Shown: one piece after another, positions 1-10,556 of the stretch
Numbering within the stretch: position 1 is the stretch's first letter
Layout: every line of letters begins with the position of its first letter
Source of the DNA: Candidatus Latescibacterota bacterium
Lineage (GTDB): Bacteria; Latescibacterota; UBA2968; UBA8231
Reading direction: 5' to 3'
Assembly (NCBI GenBank): GCA_965219385.1
Contig: CBDCNM010000002.1
Coordinates: forward strand, 4,350,305 to 4,414,304
Length of the DNA: 64,000 nucleotides
The notes under the pieces: model-generated
What the model was told of the DNA's origin: nothing
What the model saw: the letters and a program-made list of their open reading frames with translations, nothing else
Databases searched by the model: none
Translations under genes and position numbers: made by a program

Positions 1-423
1 GTATTCCCGCAGCGCCACCGCCTCCGAGTATAGAGATCGCACCCGCAGGAAGTCGTCCTCCGAACGGCGCTCCACCGGCTCGTACCCAGCCAGGTAGGCG
101 AAGTCGGCGGACGGCTCCTGATCGACGATACGACTGAGGACAAACGCGTGCCCCGCCGCCAAGCCGCAGAAGTGTTTGATTTCGTATTGAAACCCGTGCC
201 GATTGGCCTGGTTGGCCCGCGTCTCCATTACCTGCCGAAGGCTGTCGGGCAAGGCCGCGCACGCCTTGGGAAAAGCCAACTCCAGCGCCCCGAAACGCGC
301 CGCCTCCCGCAGCAACGCCCGGTCATGGGCCAGGGAAGCCAAATGGCCCGTTTGGGTCTCGTCTGCGGCCGACGAAGCCACGACACAGCAGACCAGGAAT
401 GCGGATACCGGAGCCGGTTTCAA
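1..423 (-). CDS. Hypothetical secreted protein, runs off window edge (MKPAPVSAFLVCCVVASSAADE...)
   Basis: Hand translation: TTG start overlaps the TGA of the upstream gene (TTGA); signal-peptide-like N-terminus; frame open to position 1. Confidence 0.6.
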   Translation of the reverse strand, partial: MKPAPVSAFLVCCVVASSAADETQTGHLASLAHDRALLREAARFGALELAFPKACAALPDSLRQVMETRANQANRHGFQYEIKHFCGLAAGHAFVLSRIVDQEPSADFAYLAGYEPVERRSEDDFLRVRSLYSEAVALREY

Positions 424-1643
424 AACCACATCCCTCCGAATCCCCCTCCGCCGAAGGAAATGGAGATACCCAGTGTCACCGGCATCACATCCCGGGTCGG
501 TAACTGAAAAAAGGGCCGGTCCACCCGCAATTCGAGCTTGAGGCGGACACTGGTGAGACGCATGGCCTCTATTCCGCCAACGGCATAGCCCCCCAGGCCA
601 TTGCCATCTTCCAACTCCCGAGACTCCCAATCATCCTCCCACCAGTCCCGATCCTCATCCCACCGGTTTGCTTGTTCATAACCGGCCCAGATATGGGAGA
701 ACCCACCGCCCACATAGGGCGAGAAATTCTGCTTGTTGAAGAAGTACCTTCCGCCGATTCCCCAGGAGAAGAAGTGAAAGCTGTCGCCCTCATTGTCCTC
801 GCCTCCGGCGCCCCAAAACTCGGTCCCCAAGGCATAGGATGGTGTCTCGTGAAACCACCCAAGGGTGTATCCCGGCTTGGCGATCATGTCCGCGTCCGTG
901 ATAAGGGCGAAGGTCCCGAGGAGCCCTATGTCCCAAAAGGACTCACCAGGTATCTTCCGGTGCACACGAGCCTCCTGTTGGACGACACTCTCCATGTCAA
1001 CCGTGGAAGCGAGCGATTTTCGGTGGACGAGCGCATCAACCAATCGCGGCGCGGCCGAGACCATTTCTTCGATACTACCCAATTGGATCTGGCGCTCGAT
1101 TAGGACCGTTCCGATGGGGTTTTCGTGACTCAATCGGACCAGGATCTTTTGACCCAGGCGGTGCAAACCCAGCCGATAAACACTCGCCGAGTCCGGCGTA
1201 CGGTAAACGGGCTCGCCGACCGGTATGCCCTGCTTGCGCAACTCGTCACATATCAGCAGGGCCGCGGTGCGCGCGTCGGCTTCCGGGAAACCCGAATGCT
1301 CTCCAATCAAGCAGACAGCCGGGGTTGGTATCGGCTGAGCGGCCTGCGCCGACGGCGTTCCGGTTTCGGCCTCAGGGGCCGGGGCATCCTTTTCAGCACC
1401 GACGTACTCCCCCACCTCCATCGCAGGTTCCCTGCCGATTTCGGCGATTTCGTCCATGGTATAGACGAATACGCTGCCGCCTTGGGTTTGTATCTTCAGC
1501 GATTCGCCCGGAATCTGCTCGATGATGGTGCCGCGGATAACGCTCCCATTCTTCAAGTGAACGACATCTTCCATCTGCTGAGCGAAAACCGTCGAAGTCG
1601 CTACAAAAACGGTCAGACAAGAAACCAGGATAAACCGTAGCAT
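420..1643 (-). CDS. Secreted/outer-membrane protein: shared N-terminal module + alpha/beta middle domain + predicted beta-barrel C-terminus
   Basis: GGAGG RBS before MLRFILV; signal peptide; MEDVVHLKNGSVIRGTIIEQIPGESLKIQT module; C-terminal amphipathic strands (GGRYFF, PYVGGGF); ends in F. Confidence 0.75.
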   Translation of the reverse strand: MLRFILVSCLTVFVATSTVFAQQMEDVVHLKNGSVIRGTIIEQIPGESLKIQTQGGSVFVYTMDEIAEIGREPAMEVGEYVGAEKDAPAPEAETGTPSAQAAQPIPTPAVCLIGEHSGFPEADARTAALLICDELRKQGIPVGEPVYRTPDSASVYRLGLHRLGQKILVRLSHENPIGTVLIERQIQLGSIEEMVSAAPRLVDALVHRKSLASTVDMESVVQQEARVHRKIPGESFWDIGLLGTFALITDADMIAKPGYTLGWFHETPSYALGTEFWGAGGEDNEGDSFHFFSWGIGGRYFFNKQNFSPYVGGGFSHIWAGYEQANRWDEDRDWWEDDWESRELEDGNGLGGYAVGGIEAMRLTSVRLKLELRVDRPFFQLPTRDVMPVTLGISISFGGGGFGGMWF

Positions 1644-1905
1644 ATATTCCTCCATTCTTTGCGTGAGACGGAGTAGGGCTTCCGGCGCGGTGGCTTCAAC
1701 CGCGGTGAACATCGAAAAACCGCAATATAGATCTGCGTGTCAAGACGCCTTCGACCGTCACCAGCCTGGACAGGTAGGTGCCACTGGTCAAGGAAGGCTT
1801 ACTCATCCTGTTCATCACAGGATATGTTCTGAAGCTGCCCACAATCCTTGTATATTAAGCAGACCGCGTCCTGCAGATCCTGCCGGGCCTCTTCGATTTC
1901 AGATT

Positions 1906-3123
<1,218 letters not shown>

Positions 3124-3139
3124 TCAGTTACCCGGACGA

Positions 3140-3922
3140 CTAAAAACGAAGCGTCAGTCTGGCACCTGATATGTTGCGCCGGGCGACAGCATCCACACCG
3201 AGCGTGACCCGGTCGCCATCAAACTCCAGCAGATGCCCGTAATCAGGTTGCTGAGCTTGCTGATTGATCCCGTTGGCGGAGATGGGTGCGTCAATCACGG
3301 ACCACAGCAGCCCGCCCAACCAGAGGAGGCCTCCGAAGAGGGCCATCCGGTCATCATCATCGGGATCGACCCACTTACGGTCGGGGAATCTCTGATAATT
3401 ATCCCTCACTGCCATGAAAACCAGCCCTGAACCTGCTATTGCAGCACCGAGTTGGGGAACTCCTTTTTTGTACTGCTCATTGTAAAATTGTCCGGCTCCA
3501 GGAATAAGAAACGACAGGCCGAAAGCTAGCCAGGGTTCTTTCTTTTTCACCTCAATATGCCCCTGCTTCTCTATCACAGGCTCCTTGATGATTTTGTCGA
3601 TCTCGCCCGTCGTGCTGCCGGCAGGTTCGGTGCCTGGTCCGATCTGAGGCTCAGGGGTTGGGGTATCCTTTTTGGCATCACCGCGTTCTCCCATCCTCTT
3701 CACAGGTTCCTTGAGGATTTTGGCAATCTCCTCCATGGAGAAGATAAACACGCTGCCGTATTGGGTTTGGATCTTCAGCGATTCACCCAGAATCCGCTCA
3801 ATAACGGTACCGCGGACGATGCTTCCGTTCTTCAGGTAGACCACATCTTCCATCTGCTGGGCGAAAAGCGGCACAGCCGCCACAAGAGCCATCAGGCAGA
3901 AAACTAGAAAAAAACGTTGCAT
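3140..3922 (-). CDS. Secreted/membrane protein: shared N-terminal module + TM2/DUF5683-like C-terminal domain
   Basis: Signal peptide; MEDVVYLKNGSIVRGTVIE module; KKEPWLAFGLSFLIPGAGQFYN motif. Confidence 0.75.
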   Translation of the reverse strand: MQRFFLVFCLMALVAAVPLFAQQMEDVVYLKNGSIVRGTVIERILGESLKIQTQYGSVFIFSMEEIAKILKEPVKRMGERGDAKKDTPTPEPQIGPGTEPAGSTTGEIDKIIKEPVIEKQGHIEVKKKEPWLAFGLSFLIPGAGQFYNEQYKKGVPQLGAAIAGSGLVFMAVRDNYQRFPDRKWVDPDDDDRMALFGGLLWLGGLLWSVIDAPISANGINQQAQQPDYGHLLEFDGDRVTLGVDAVARRNISGARLTLRF

Positions 3923-3997
3923 ATCACGTTTCTCCTTGAATTAAGCGGCGGGATGGGCCGGAACCCACCGCGAACCCGGAAATACGGATCATTTTGT

Positions 3998-5320
3998 CTA
4001 TCTGCCGCCGAGCCGGGTGCCCAGCCCGACCAAGAGCGAGAATTCGTTGGCTCCATTTTTATCAACATCTTCATCAGCAAATGCAGAGACCAGATTGCCA
4101 GCTCCACCCAACCATCGTTGATATCGTCCTTCCGCCCGCAGGACAAAAGGTCCCAGACGCCACTGATAACCCAGCCCTGCTCCAGCGGAGAAATCAGTAT
4201 CGGTCACGGATTCGTCCTGCTCGCTGAGGCTGAATCCGGATACAGCACCCTGCCCCAGCAGGTAGGGGCCGGACACCCCGTTGCCGTGCAGAAAGAGTGC
4301 ACCCCGGCCTCCAAGATAATAGGAAGTGAAGTCCCCTCCATCCTCCTGAACACTTCCCAAACTGAATTCCGGGCCCAGGGCCAGTTGCTCATTCGGAAAC
4401 CACGAAACGTAAACCAGACCACCTGGCACCCCAATCTCAGTGTAAGTCACAGTAATATTGCCCCTATCGTCCAAAAAGTTTTCGCCGGGAAAATCCGCGG
4501 CAAGGCGGGAGAGCCCGAACAGGGTACCGATCTCAACCTCAGGGGCCGGGGCATCCTTTTCGGAACCGATGCGCCCTGCCCGGGTGCCCAACCCGAGAAG
4601 GAGCGAGAAGTCATTGGGACCTTCGTCATCAAACCATCGCCGATACCGTCCTTCCGCCCGCAGAACGAAAGCAGGTCCCAGGTGCCACCGATAACCCAGA
4701 CCGGCTCCGGCGGAAAATTCACTCTCGGAGTCGTCCTCATCGTCCACGATCCCAAGGGCGACGTGTCCAGATAGGTAGGGACCGGACACCGCGTTGCCTT
4801 GGGGAAAGAATGCACCCCGGCCTCCGAGATAAAGGGTAGTGAGGGTAAAATCTTCATCTACTTCATCAATCCCCAATGAAATCCGCCCAAGACTGAATTC
4901 CGGGCCCAGGGCCAGTTGCTCACTCGGAAACCACGAAACGTAAAGCGATGGGTTTCCAAGCGCCGCGGATGGGAAATCGGACAGAGTTGGCACTCCAATA
5001 AAAGTTAGCCCATCGTCCTCGTCAGAAAGATGGGATAGACCGAATAGCGTGCCGATTTCGACACCGGTGGCCGACTCTACTGTCCCCATCACAGGTTCCC
5101 TGCCAATTTCGGCGATCTCGTCCATGGTGTAGACGAATACGCTTCCACCTGCGGTTTGTATCTTCAGCGATTCGCCCGGAATCTGCTCGATGATGGTGCC
5201 GCGGATGACGCTTCCATTCTTCAAGTGAACGACATCTTCCATCTGATAGGCGAAACAGGGAGCGGCTACGGCAAAAGCCGTCAAACACGCGACTAACGCG
5301 ACTAAGATAAAACGTAGCAT
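3998..5320 (-). CDS. Outer-membrane protein: shared N-terminal module + two tandem predicted beta-barrel domains
   Basis: GGAGG RBS before MLRFILV; internal duplication VEIGTLFGLS...YVSWFP.EQLALGPEFSLG...FSAGAGLGY.W.LGP.FVLRAEGRY.RW...FSLL.GLGTR present twice. Confidence 0.8.
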   Translation of the reverse strand: MLRFILVALVACLTAFAVAAPCFAYQMEDVVHLKNGSVIRGTIIEQIPGESLKIQTAGGSVFVYTMDEIAEIGREPVMGTVESATGVEIGTLFGLSHLSDEDDGLTFIGVPTLSDFPSAALGNPSLYVSWFPSEQLALGPEFSLGRISLGIDEVDEDFTLTTLYLGGRGAFFPQGNAVSGPYLSGHVALGIVDDEDDSESEFSAGAGLGYRWHLGPAFVLRAEGRYRRWFDDEGPNDFSLLLGLGTRAGRIGSEKDAPAPEVEIGTLFGLSRLAADFPGENFLDDRGNITVTYTEIGVPGGLVYVSWFPNEQLALGPEFSLGSVQEDGGDFTSYYLGGRGALFLHGNGVSGPYLLGQGAVSGFSLSEQDESVTDTDFSAGAGLGYQWRLGPFVLRAEGRYQRWLGGAGNLVSAFADEDVDKNGANEFSLLVGLGTRLGGR

Positions 5321-5612
5321 ATCTTCCTCCTTTTCCTTTTGAAAGGATGCCTTTCTGAGGGAGTTTCCCCTAAAAGACGTTGGTGAGCGTATCAATTCTC
5401 TCCGGCATTTGCTTCGCAATTCCACACACATTCCTGTATGTTATCTGTTTCATTCCACACACAATTTTGCTGGCACATCTGGACCGCACCTTGATTGGTC
5501 GGCAGTATCCGGGGATGGCCCGGGTGCCTTGGCCGCCTCATGTCAAGCATTTGCGATCTGCCATCCCGGAATATTCCTACCTCGCTTACGGTGACTCGGC
5601 TGCCGTCTTCCG

Positions 5613-5966
5613 CTACGGAAGCGAATCGATGCGCCACCTCTTGGTGTCGGGAATCTGGCTTGCCGAGAAACTACCGACGCTGACGTCGTCGTTGCTGCAT
5701 TTCCAGGCCTCCTCACTCTGATCCGATCGAATATGACATCCGATGCCATCAGACATGACCTCGAACCTGGCGCTCTTGCCCAGCGAACAACTCTTGCCAG
5801 GATCGAGCTCCTGTCCAACGCGGCAAGCCGACTCCTGTTCCACCTCCGGCTCCGTCATGCTATCGCCGCCACAAGCGGCGAGGCAGCCGAGGGCGAGCAA
5901 CGCCAGGAGGCCGCACACGAGGCTTGTCGTGTGGCGGGGATTCGCTCTTGAGGGATCGTTCTTCAT
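5613..5966 (-). CDS. Small Cys-containing lipoprotein
   Basis: AAGGAG RBS; lipobox LAAC followed by GG; four further Cys in the mature part. Confidence 0.65.
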   Translation of the reverse strand: MKNDPSRANPRHTTSLVCGLLALLALGCLAACGGDSMTEPEVEQESACRVGQELDPGKSCSLGKSARFEVMSDGIGCHIRSDQSEEAWKCSNDDVSVGSFSASQIPDTKRWRIDSLP

Positions 5967-6099
5967 CTTGGACTCCTTGTGGATTGGGGGGGCGCTTGGG
6001 CGAGCGGGTGGTTTCTGTGGTTGATGAGCAACACGATGCGATTAGGACGCCCGTAGCTTTCAGAAACCTACCTGGAAGGTGAAGGTGTTCAGTCGAAAT

Positions 6100-6126
6100 G
6101 GGGGGGGGGGGGGGGGGGGGGGGGGG
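6100..6126. repeat. G27 homopolymer
   Basis: Seen directly. Confidence 0.9.
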
Positions 6127-6607
6127 TAAGTAAGTATTTGTTTTTATAATGACTTAGATAAATTTATCTCGGTGGCGTCTTGCGGCTGGAAACAGGATGC
6201 GGCCCCCGGCGGCAGGGGATGCCTGCGGCAATGGCATCTCACAGGTTGGGTTGTTTCCATCTGCCAGTCCCTCCTCAGACGGGCGGAACAGCCGACGCTG
6301 CTCCAGAAAAGTAAAAAATAAGGCGAAACGGTAAGGCGTTGTCAAGAAAAAATGTTAGCGCGGCCCCGGCGAAAGATCCACATGGCCGGGGTACCGACGA
6401 CCGTCGGTTTCAGTGCTAAGAGGGGGGCCACCTCCAAGCCCCCAAATCAGCGAAGGGTGATCCCCCGCCAGTGGTGAACCACCCCGGACTTGCGATCATC
6501 GAATTTTACCGGAAAAAGCGGCAATGGCCTGTTTCTGTGAGGCAAAACGAAGGCGGCCCTGGATTGCGCGTTTGAAAATTTTGGGCTTTTTTTTAAGAGG
6601 AGGACTC

Positions 6608-7444
6608 ATGAAGATCGGTTATTCTACCTGGGGCATGCCCAAATTGCCCATTGACGAGGCCCTGGAACACCTGTCCGGTCTGGGCTTCGACGGGGTCGAG
6701 CCTACGGTCATTCGCGGTTATAGCACCGAGCTGGACACCTTGAACGCGGCCGAGCGCGGGCGCATCCGCAGCCTCTTCGACCAGTACGGGATGGGGTTGC
6801 CGGCCATTGCCGGCCACGCGTCCCTGCTCGCGGCGGATGCAGCCGGCCACGCCGAGAACTGGCGGCGTCTGACCGGGGCGGTGGATTTGTGCGTGGACTG
6901 GGCCGGCGAGGAGGGGCCGGCGTGCCTGGATACCACCCTGGGGAGCGGGCCCGGATCCTGGGAGGATGTCGACTTCATTCTGGAACGGCTCGGTGCCATG
7001 GTGGAGTACTGCGCTGCCCGGGAAGTGGTCCTGGCCCTGGAGCCGCACGTGGGGGATGGTCTAGACGACCCGAAAAAGGTGGCGTGGCTGATCGAGGAAG
7101 TGGATTCCCCCTACTGCAAGCTCAACTTTGATATCAGCCACTTCGACATCCAGGGGTTTACCATTGAGGAAACGGTGGCGACCCTGGGACTGCACGCGGT
7201 CCACACCCACGTGAAGGACCAGCGCGGCCGGGTGCCGGACTTCGAGTTCCTCATCCCCGGCGAAGGCCCCTTTGACTTTGTGGAATATCTCGAGGAGATG
7301 CACAAGGCCGGGTACGAGGGGTATATCACGGCCGAGGTCAGCATGGCGGTGCAGCGGCGGCCGGACTACGATCCCCTGGCCGCGGCCGAGCTGTGCTATC
7401 GCACCCTGGATCGGGCTTTTCAGGAAGCGGGCATTGAACGATAG
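6608..7444 (+). CDS. Sugar phosphate isomerase/epimerase (xylose isomerase-like TIM barrel)
   Basis: GFDGVE, LALEPH, NFDISH, HTHVKD, GYITAE motifs; GAGGAGG RBS. Confidence 0.85.
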   Translation: MKIGYSTWGMPKLPIDEALEHLSGLGFDGVEPTVIRGYSTELDTLNAAERGRIRSLFDQYGMGLPAIAGHASLLAADAAGHAENWRRLTGAVDLCVDWAGEEGPACLDTTLGSGPGSWEDVDFILERLGAMVEYCAAREVVLALEPHVGDGLDDPKKVAWLIEEVDSPYCKLNFDISHFDIQGFTIEETVATLGLHAVHTHVKDQRGRVPDFEFLIPGEGPFDFVEYLEEMHKAGYEGYITAEVSMAVQRRPDYDPLAAAELCYRTLDRAFQEAGIER

Positions 7445-7464
7445 GAGCGGCAAAAGGAGACAGG

Positions 7465-8697
7465 ATGGACAAGATCAGAGCGGCCCTGGTGGGTTGCGGC
7501 GGCATGGGCACGCGGCATCTGTACGGCCTACGGGCGTTGAGCAAGACCCCTTTTAACAAGGTGGAACTGGCCGCGGTATGCGATATCCGGCGCGACAACG
7601 CCGAACTGGCCGCCGAGGAGGCAGAAAAACTCCTGGGCAGCCGGCCCGCGGTCTTCACCGATCTGGAGGAGATGAGCCGCCAGGTATCCGACCTGGATGC
7701 CGTGGACGTGGTGGTGGACCCTTCGGTGCACCACGCGGTGGTGGGCCAGGCCCTGGATTTGGGGCTGCACGTGATGGTGGAAAAACCCATGGCCATTACC
7801 GTGAAGGGCTGCCACCAGATGATGGAGGCGGCCAAGCGCAACAACCGCATCCTGTCCGTGGCCGAGAACTTCCGGCGCGATCCTTCGGCCCGCCTGGTGC
7901 ACCACCTCCTGCAGCAGGGCGCCATTGGCCGGCCCTACATGGCCACCTTCCATTCCCTGGGGCCGCACCAGGAGGTTTTCATCACGCCCTGGCGCCACCT
8001 GAAGGATCGGGGGGGGCTGCTGCTGGATCTGGGGGTCCACTTCACCGACATGATCCGCTATCAGCTGGGGGATATCAAGGAGGTCTACGGGGAGGTGAAG
8101 CTGACGACCCCGGTGCGCAAAAAATCCGCAAGCCTCGACAGTCCCTACAAATTCTATCAAACCCGTTTCGCCAAGATGGAAGACCAGGTCCGGGCCACGG
8201 CCGAAGATACCTCGGTGGGGATGTTCCGGATGGAGAGCGGGGTGGTGGTGAGCTGGGTCGTGGGGCTGGGCGGCCACGGTAGTTGCGGCGGCGAAGTTAT
8301 TTTCGGCGCAGAGGGCGCCATCCAGGGCTTTGGCAGCCGCGGTGCCAGGACCCAGCTGAAAAAGGCCGGCGGCGCGGAGATGGGCCAGGAAGAGATCCTC
8401 GCCAGGGTAGAGGGGTTCGGCCTGGAACCGCTGGCCGAGCACTTTTTTCCGGAGCGGATCTCCGGTGAAGACGTGGACTGGAAGCTGCTTGCCCTGGAGT
8501 ACTTCGAACTGGCCGAGGCCGTCCTCGAGGGACGGGCCATAGAGGTGGATGAGACCGAGGGCATGAAGGATGTGGCCGCCATCTACGCCCTCTTCGAATC
8601 CAGCCGCCTGGGCCGGACCGTGCAGCTGAGCGAGGTGGAAAGCGGCGAGGTGTACGAATACCAGGCGGAAATCGACGAGGCTTTGGGCCTTGGTTGA
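7465..8697 (+). CDS. Gfo/Idh/MocA family oxidoreductase
   Basis: VGCGGMG Rossmann motif, VEKPMA, GGLLLDLGVH. Confidence 0.9.
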   Translation: MDKIRAALVGCGGMGTRHLYGLRALSKTPFNKVELAAVCDIRRDNAELAAEEAEKLLGSRPAVFTDLEEMSRQVSDLDAVDVVVDPSVHHAVVGQALDLGLHVMVEKPMAITVKGCHQMMEAAKRNNRILSVAENFRRDPSARLVHHLLQQGAIGRPYMATFHSLGPHQEVFITPWRHLKDRGGLLLDLGVHFTDMIRYQLGDIKEVYGEVKLTTPVRKKSASLDSPYKFYQTRFAKMEDQVRATAEDTSVGMFRMESGVVVSWVVGLGGHGSCGGEVIFGAEGAIQGFGSRGARTQLKKAGGAEMGQEEILARVEGFGLEPLAEHFFPERISGEDVDWKLLALEYFELAEAVLEGRAIEVDETEGMKDVAAIYALFESSRLGRTVQLSEVESGEVYEYQAEIDEALGLG

Positions 8698-8722
8698 GGG
8701 GGGCAGGAGTCAATCCGACAAG

Positions 8723-8893
8723 ATGGTGCTCGGGCCACCGCTGAACAACCTGGTGCGGCCGGACTGGACCCGGGGTCTGATCCCCCTGAGTTACGACGCG
8801 CCCATACGGACAGAGTACTGGGACGACGACGGCACGCCGGAGTACAGGGAGATGTTCGAGCGGCTCGAGCGCGAGGGCATGGTTCTGCGGTGA
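8723..8893 (+). pseudogene. Probable C-terminal relic of an enolase-superfamily gene
   Basis: YDAPIRTEYWDDDGTPEYREMFERLEREG resembles the C-terminus of 49038..50279 (YDRLVDQDFWPDDGSGKWAGLWERSAEG). Confidence 0.45.
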
Positions 8894-8974
8894 CGACCTG
8901 GCCGTTCGCTGGCGGCCGCAATCAGGACAGCGAAAAGTCGCGGGATTCGAACAGATCCGCGGGAGGAGGAATTA

Positions 8975-10549
8975 ATGGCCAGACCACGAATCATGTTCTA
9001 CCACGATGGGCGGCATCCGCACATTTACCGCTATGAGCCGCCCATGAGCAAGGAGGAGTACAATGCCTGCATAGACGAACTGGTGGGCACTCCGATCGAG
9101 GCAGTGATGTTCTGTCTGGGGGAGGGACGCACCGTGCTGCACGATACCAGGGTGGGCGAGTTGCTCGGGCACAATGTGGATCAGTGGGATCACATTGTGT
9201 TCCGCCGCGCCCACCAGAATGCCAGGCACCTGATCGACGAGGACAACGATCCGCTGCGGATTGTCTGCGACCGGGCCCACGAAAAGGGGTTGCTGTTCTA
9301 TCCTACCTTGCTGGTGCAGAACGGCGGTGTGGAGCACGCCTCCATCCGCAACTCGAATTTTCGCCTGCAAAACCAGCACCTGGAGATCGGCGCCGCAGGG
9401 GATCTGCCCGCTGATCTGCACGGCATGGACGGGCTCGATTTCAAGCACGAGGAGGCGCGCAACGAGCGCTTCGACCTGATCGAGGAAACCCTCGCCAACT
9501 ACCCGGTCGACGGCTTCGAGTTGCAGCTGGCCAATACCTTTCCGCTGTTCTTCCATCCCGACGAGGTGGAGGCTGGGCGGCCCATCATGACCGAGTGGGT
9601 CCGGCGGGTCTACGAGGCGGTCAAAAACAGCGGCGCCGAGCGCGAGCTGGTCATCCGCCTCCCCCACACTCTCGAGGGCTGTCGCTACGGGGGCCTGGAC
9701 CCCGAAGAGTGGGTGCGCCAGGGCATCGTGGACGTGCTGGTCGGCGAAATCATCAACAACCCGGACTACCTGGATCCCAATGCGGATTTGGGCTGGTTGG
9801 TGGAGACGGCCAAAGGCTCCAGCTGCCGCGTCCACGCCTCCATCCACACCCGGGTGGGCTCGGATAGGCTCAGCGATGCGCCGGTGTCCATGGTCCGCGC
9901 CGCGGCCTGCAACTGCTGGGCCCAGGGGGTCGACGGGCTCTACCTGGCACAGTGGTTCACCCTGTGGCCGTACCAGGCCGATTTTTACGAGCGTCTGCGC
10001 GAGCTGGGGCATCCCGACATCATGGCCTCCAAGGACAAATTCTACTATATTCCCACCGAGACCGACCGCCGGCCGGATCCCCTGGCGCCGACCCAGTTGC
10101 CCATGGACCTGGAGGTGGACCAGCCGGTTCGCGCCCTGTTCACCACCAGCGATGATCTGCCGCACTGGGACGAAGCCGGGCGGGTGCACGAGGTGCTGTT
10201 GCGCATCGGGATCGCCGGGACCACCGAGCTGGACCGGATTCGTTTTGCGCTCAACGGCCGGGAGTTGCCAGAGGAGAATTTGCGCCGGATCAACCAGATG
10301 TACCGCATGAGCGCGCCGCGCAACCGCTCGGGCCCGACCTACTGGTTCGCGTTCCGGCTCAAGCGGGCGCACTGGCCCCGGCAGGGGGAAAATACGCTGG
10401 AGGTGATCCTGCTCGAGCGCGATCCGGTCGTGCCTCCAACGCGTTTGCTGCGGGATGTCGAGCTGGAGATCAAGTACCTGCTGGGCAAGAGTTTTCACCG
10501 CGAGTACGTGGATCCAGATCTGGGCCCGTACGAGCGCGTCGTATCCTAA
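8975..10549 (+). CDS. Glycoside hydrolase-like TIM-barrel protein (GHL10/DUF187-like), paralog of 42852..44438
   Basis: LDFKHEEARNERFDLIEETLANYPVDGFEL motif; full-length similarity to the paralog. Confidence 0.65.
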   Translation: MARPRIMFYHDGRHPHIYRYEPPMSKEEYNACIDELVGTPIEAVMFCLGEGRTVLHDTRVGELLGHNVDQWDHIVFRRAHQNARHLIDEDNDPLRIVCDRAHEKGLLFYPTLLVQNGGVEHASIRNSNFRLQNQHLEIGAAGDLPADLHGMDGLDFKHEEARNERFDLIEETLANYPVDGFELQLANTFPLFFHPDEVEAGRPIMTEWVRRVYEAVKNSGAERELVIRLPHTLEGCRYGGLDPEEWVRQGIVDVLVGEIINNPDYLDPNADLGWLVETAKGSSCRVHASIHTRVGSDRLSDAPVSMVRAAACNCWAQGVDGLYLAQWFTLWPYQADFYERLRELGHPDIMASKDKFYYIPTETDRRPDPLAPTQLPMDLEVDQPVRALFTTSDDLPHWDEAGRVHEVLLRIGIAGTTELDRIRFALNGRELPEENLRRINQMYRMSAPRNRSGPTYWFAFRLKRAHWPRQGENTLEVILLERDPVVPPTRLLRDVELEIKYLLGKSFHREYVDPDLGPYERVVS

Positions 10550-10556
10550 GGGTCAG

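Noticed and set aside
6250..6280. Hammerhead-like CUGAGGA...GAAAC on the minus strand
   Set aside because: Stem II cannot close with the required G-C pair and no fitting cleavage triplet or stems were found
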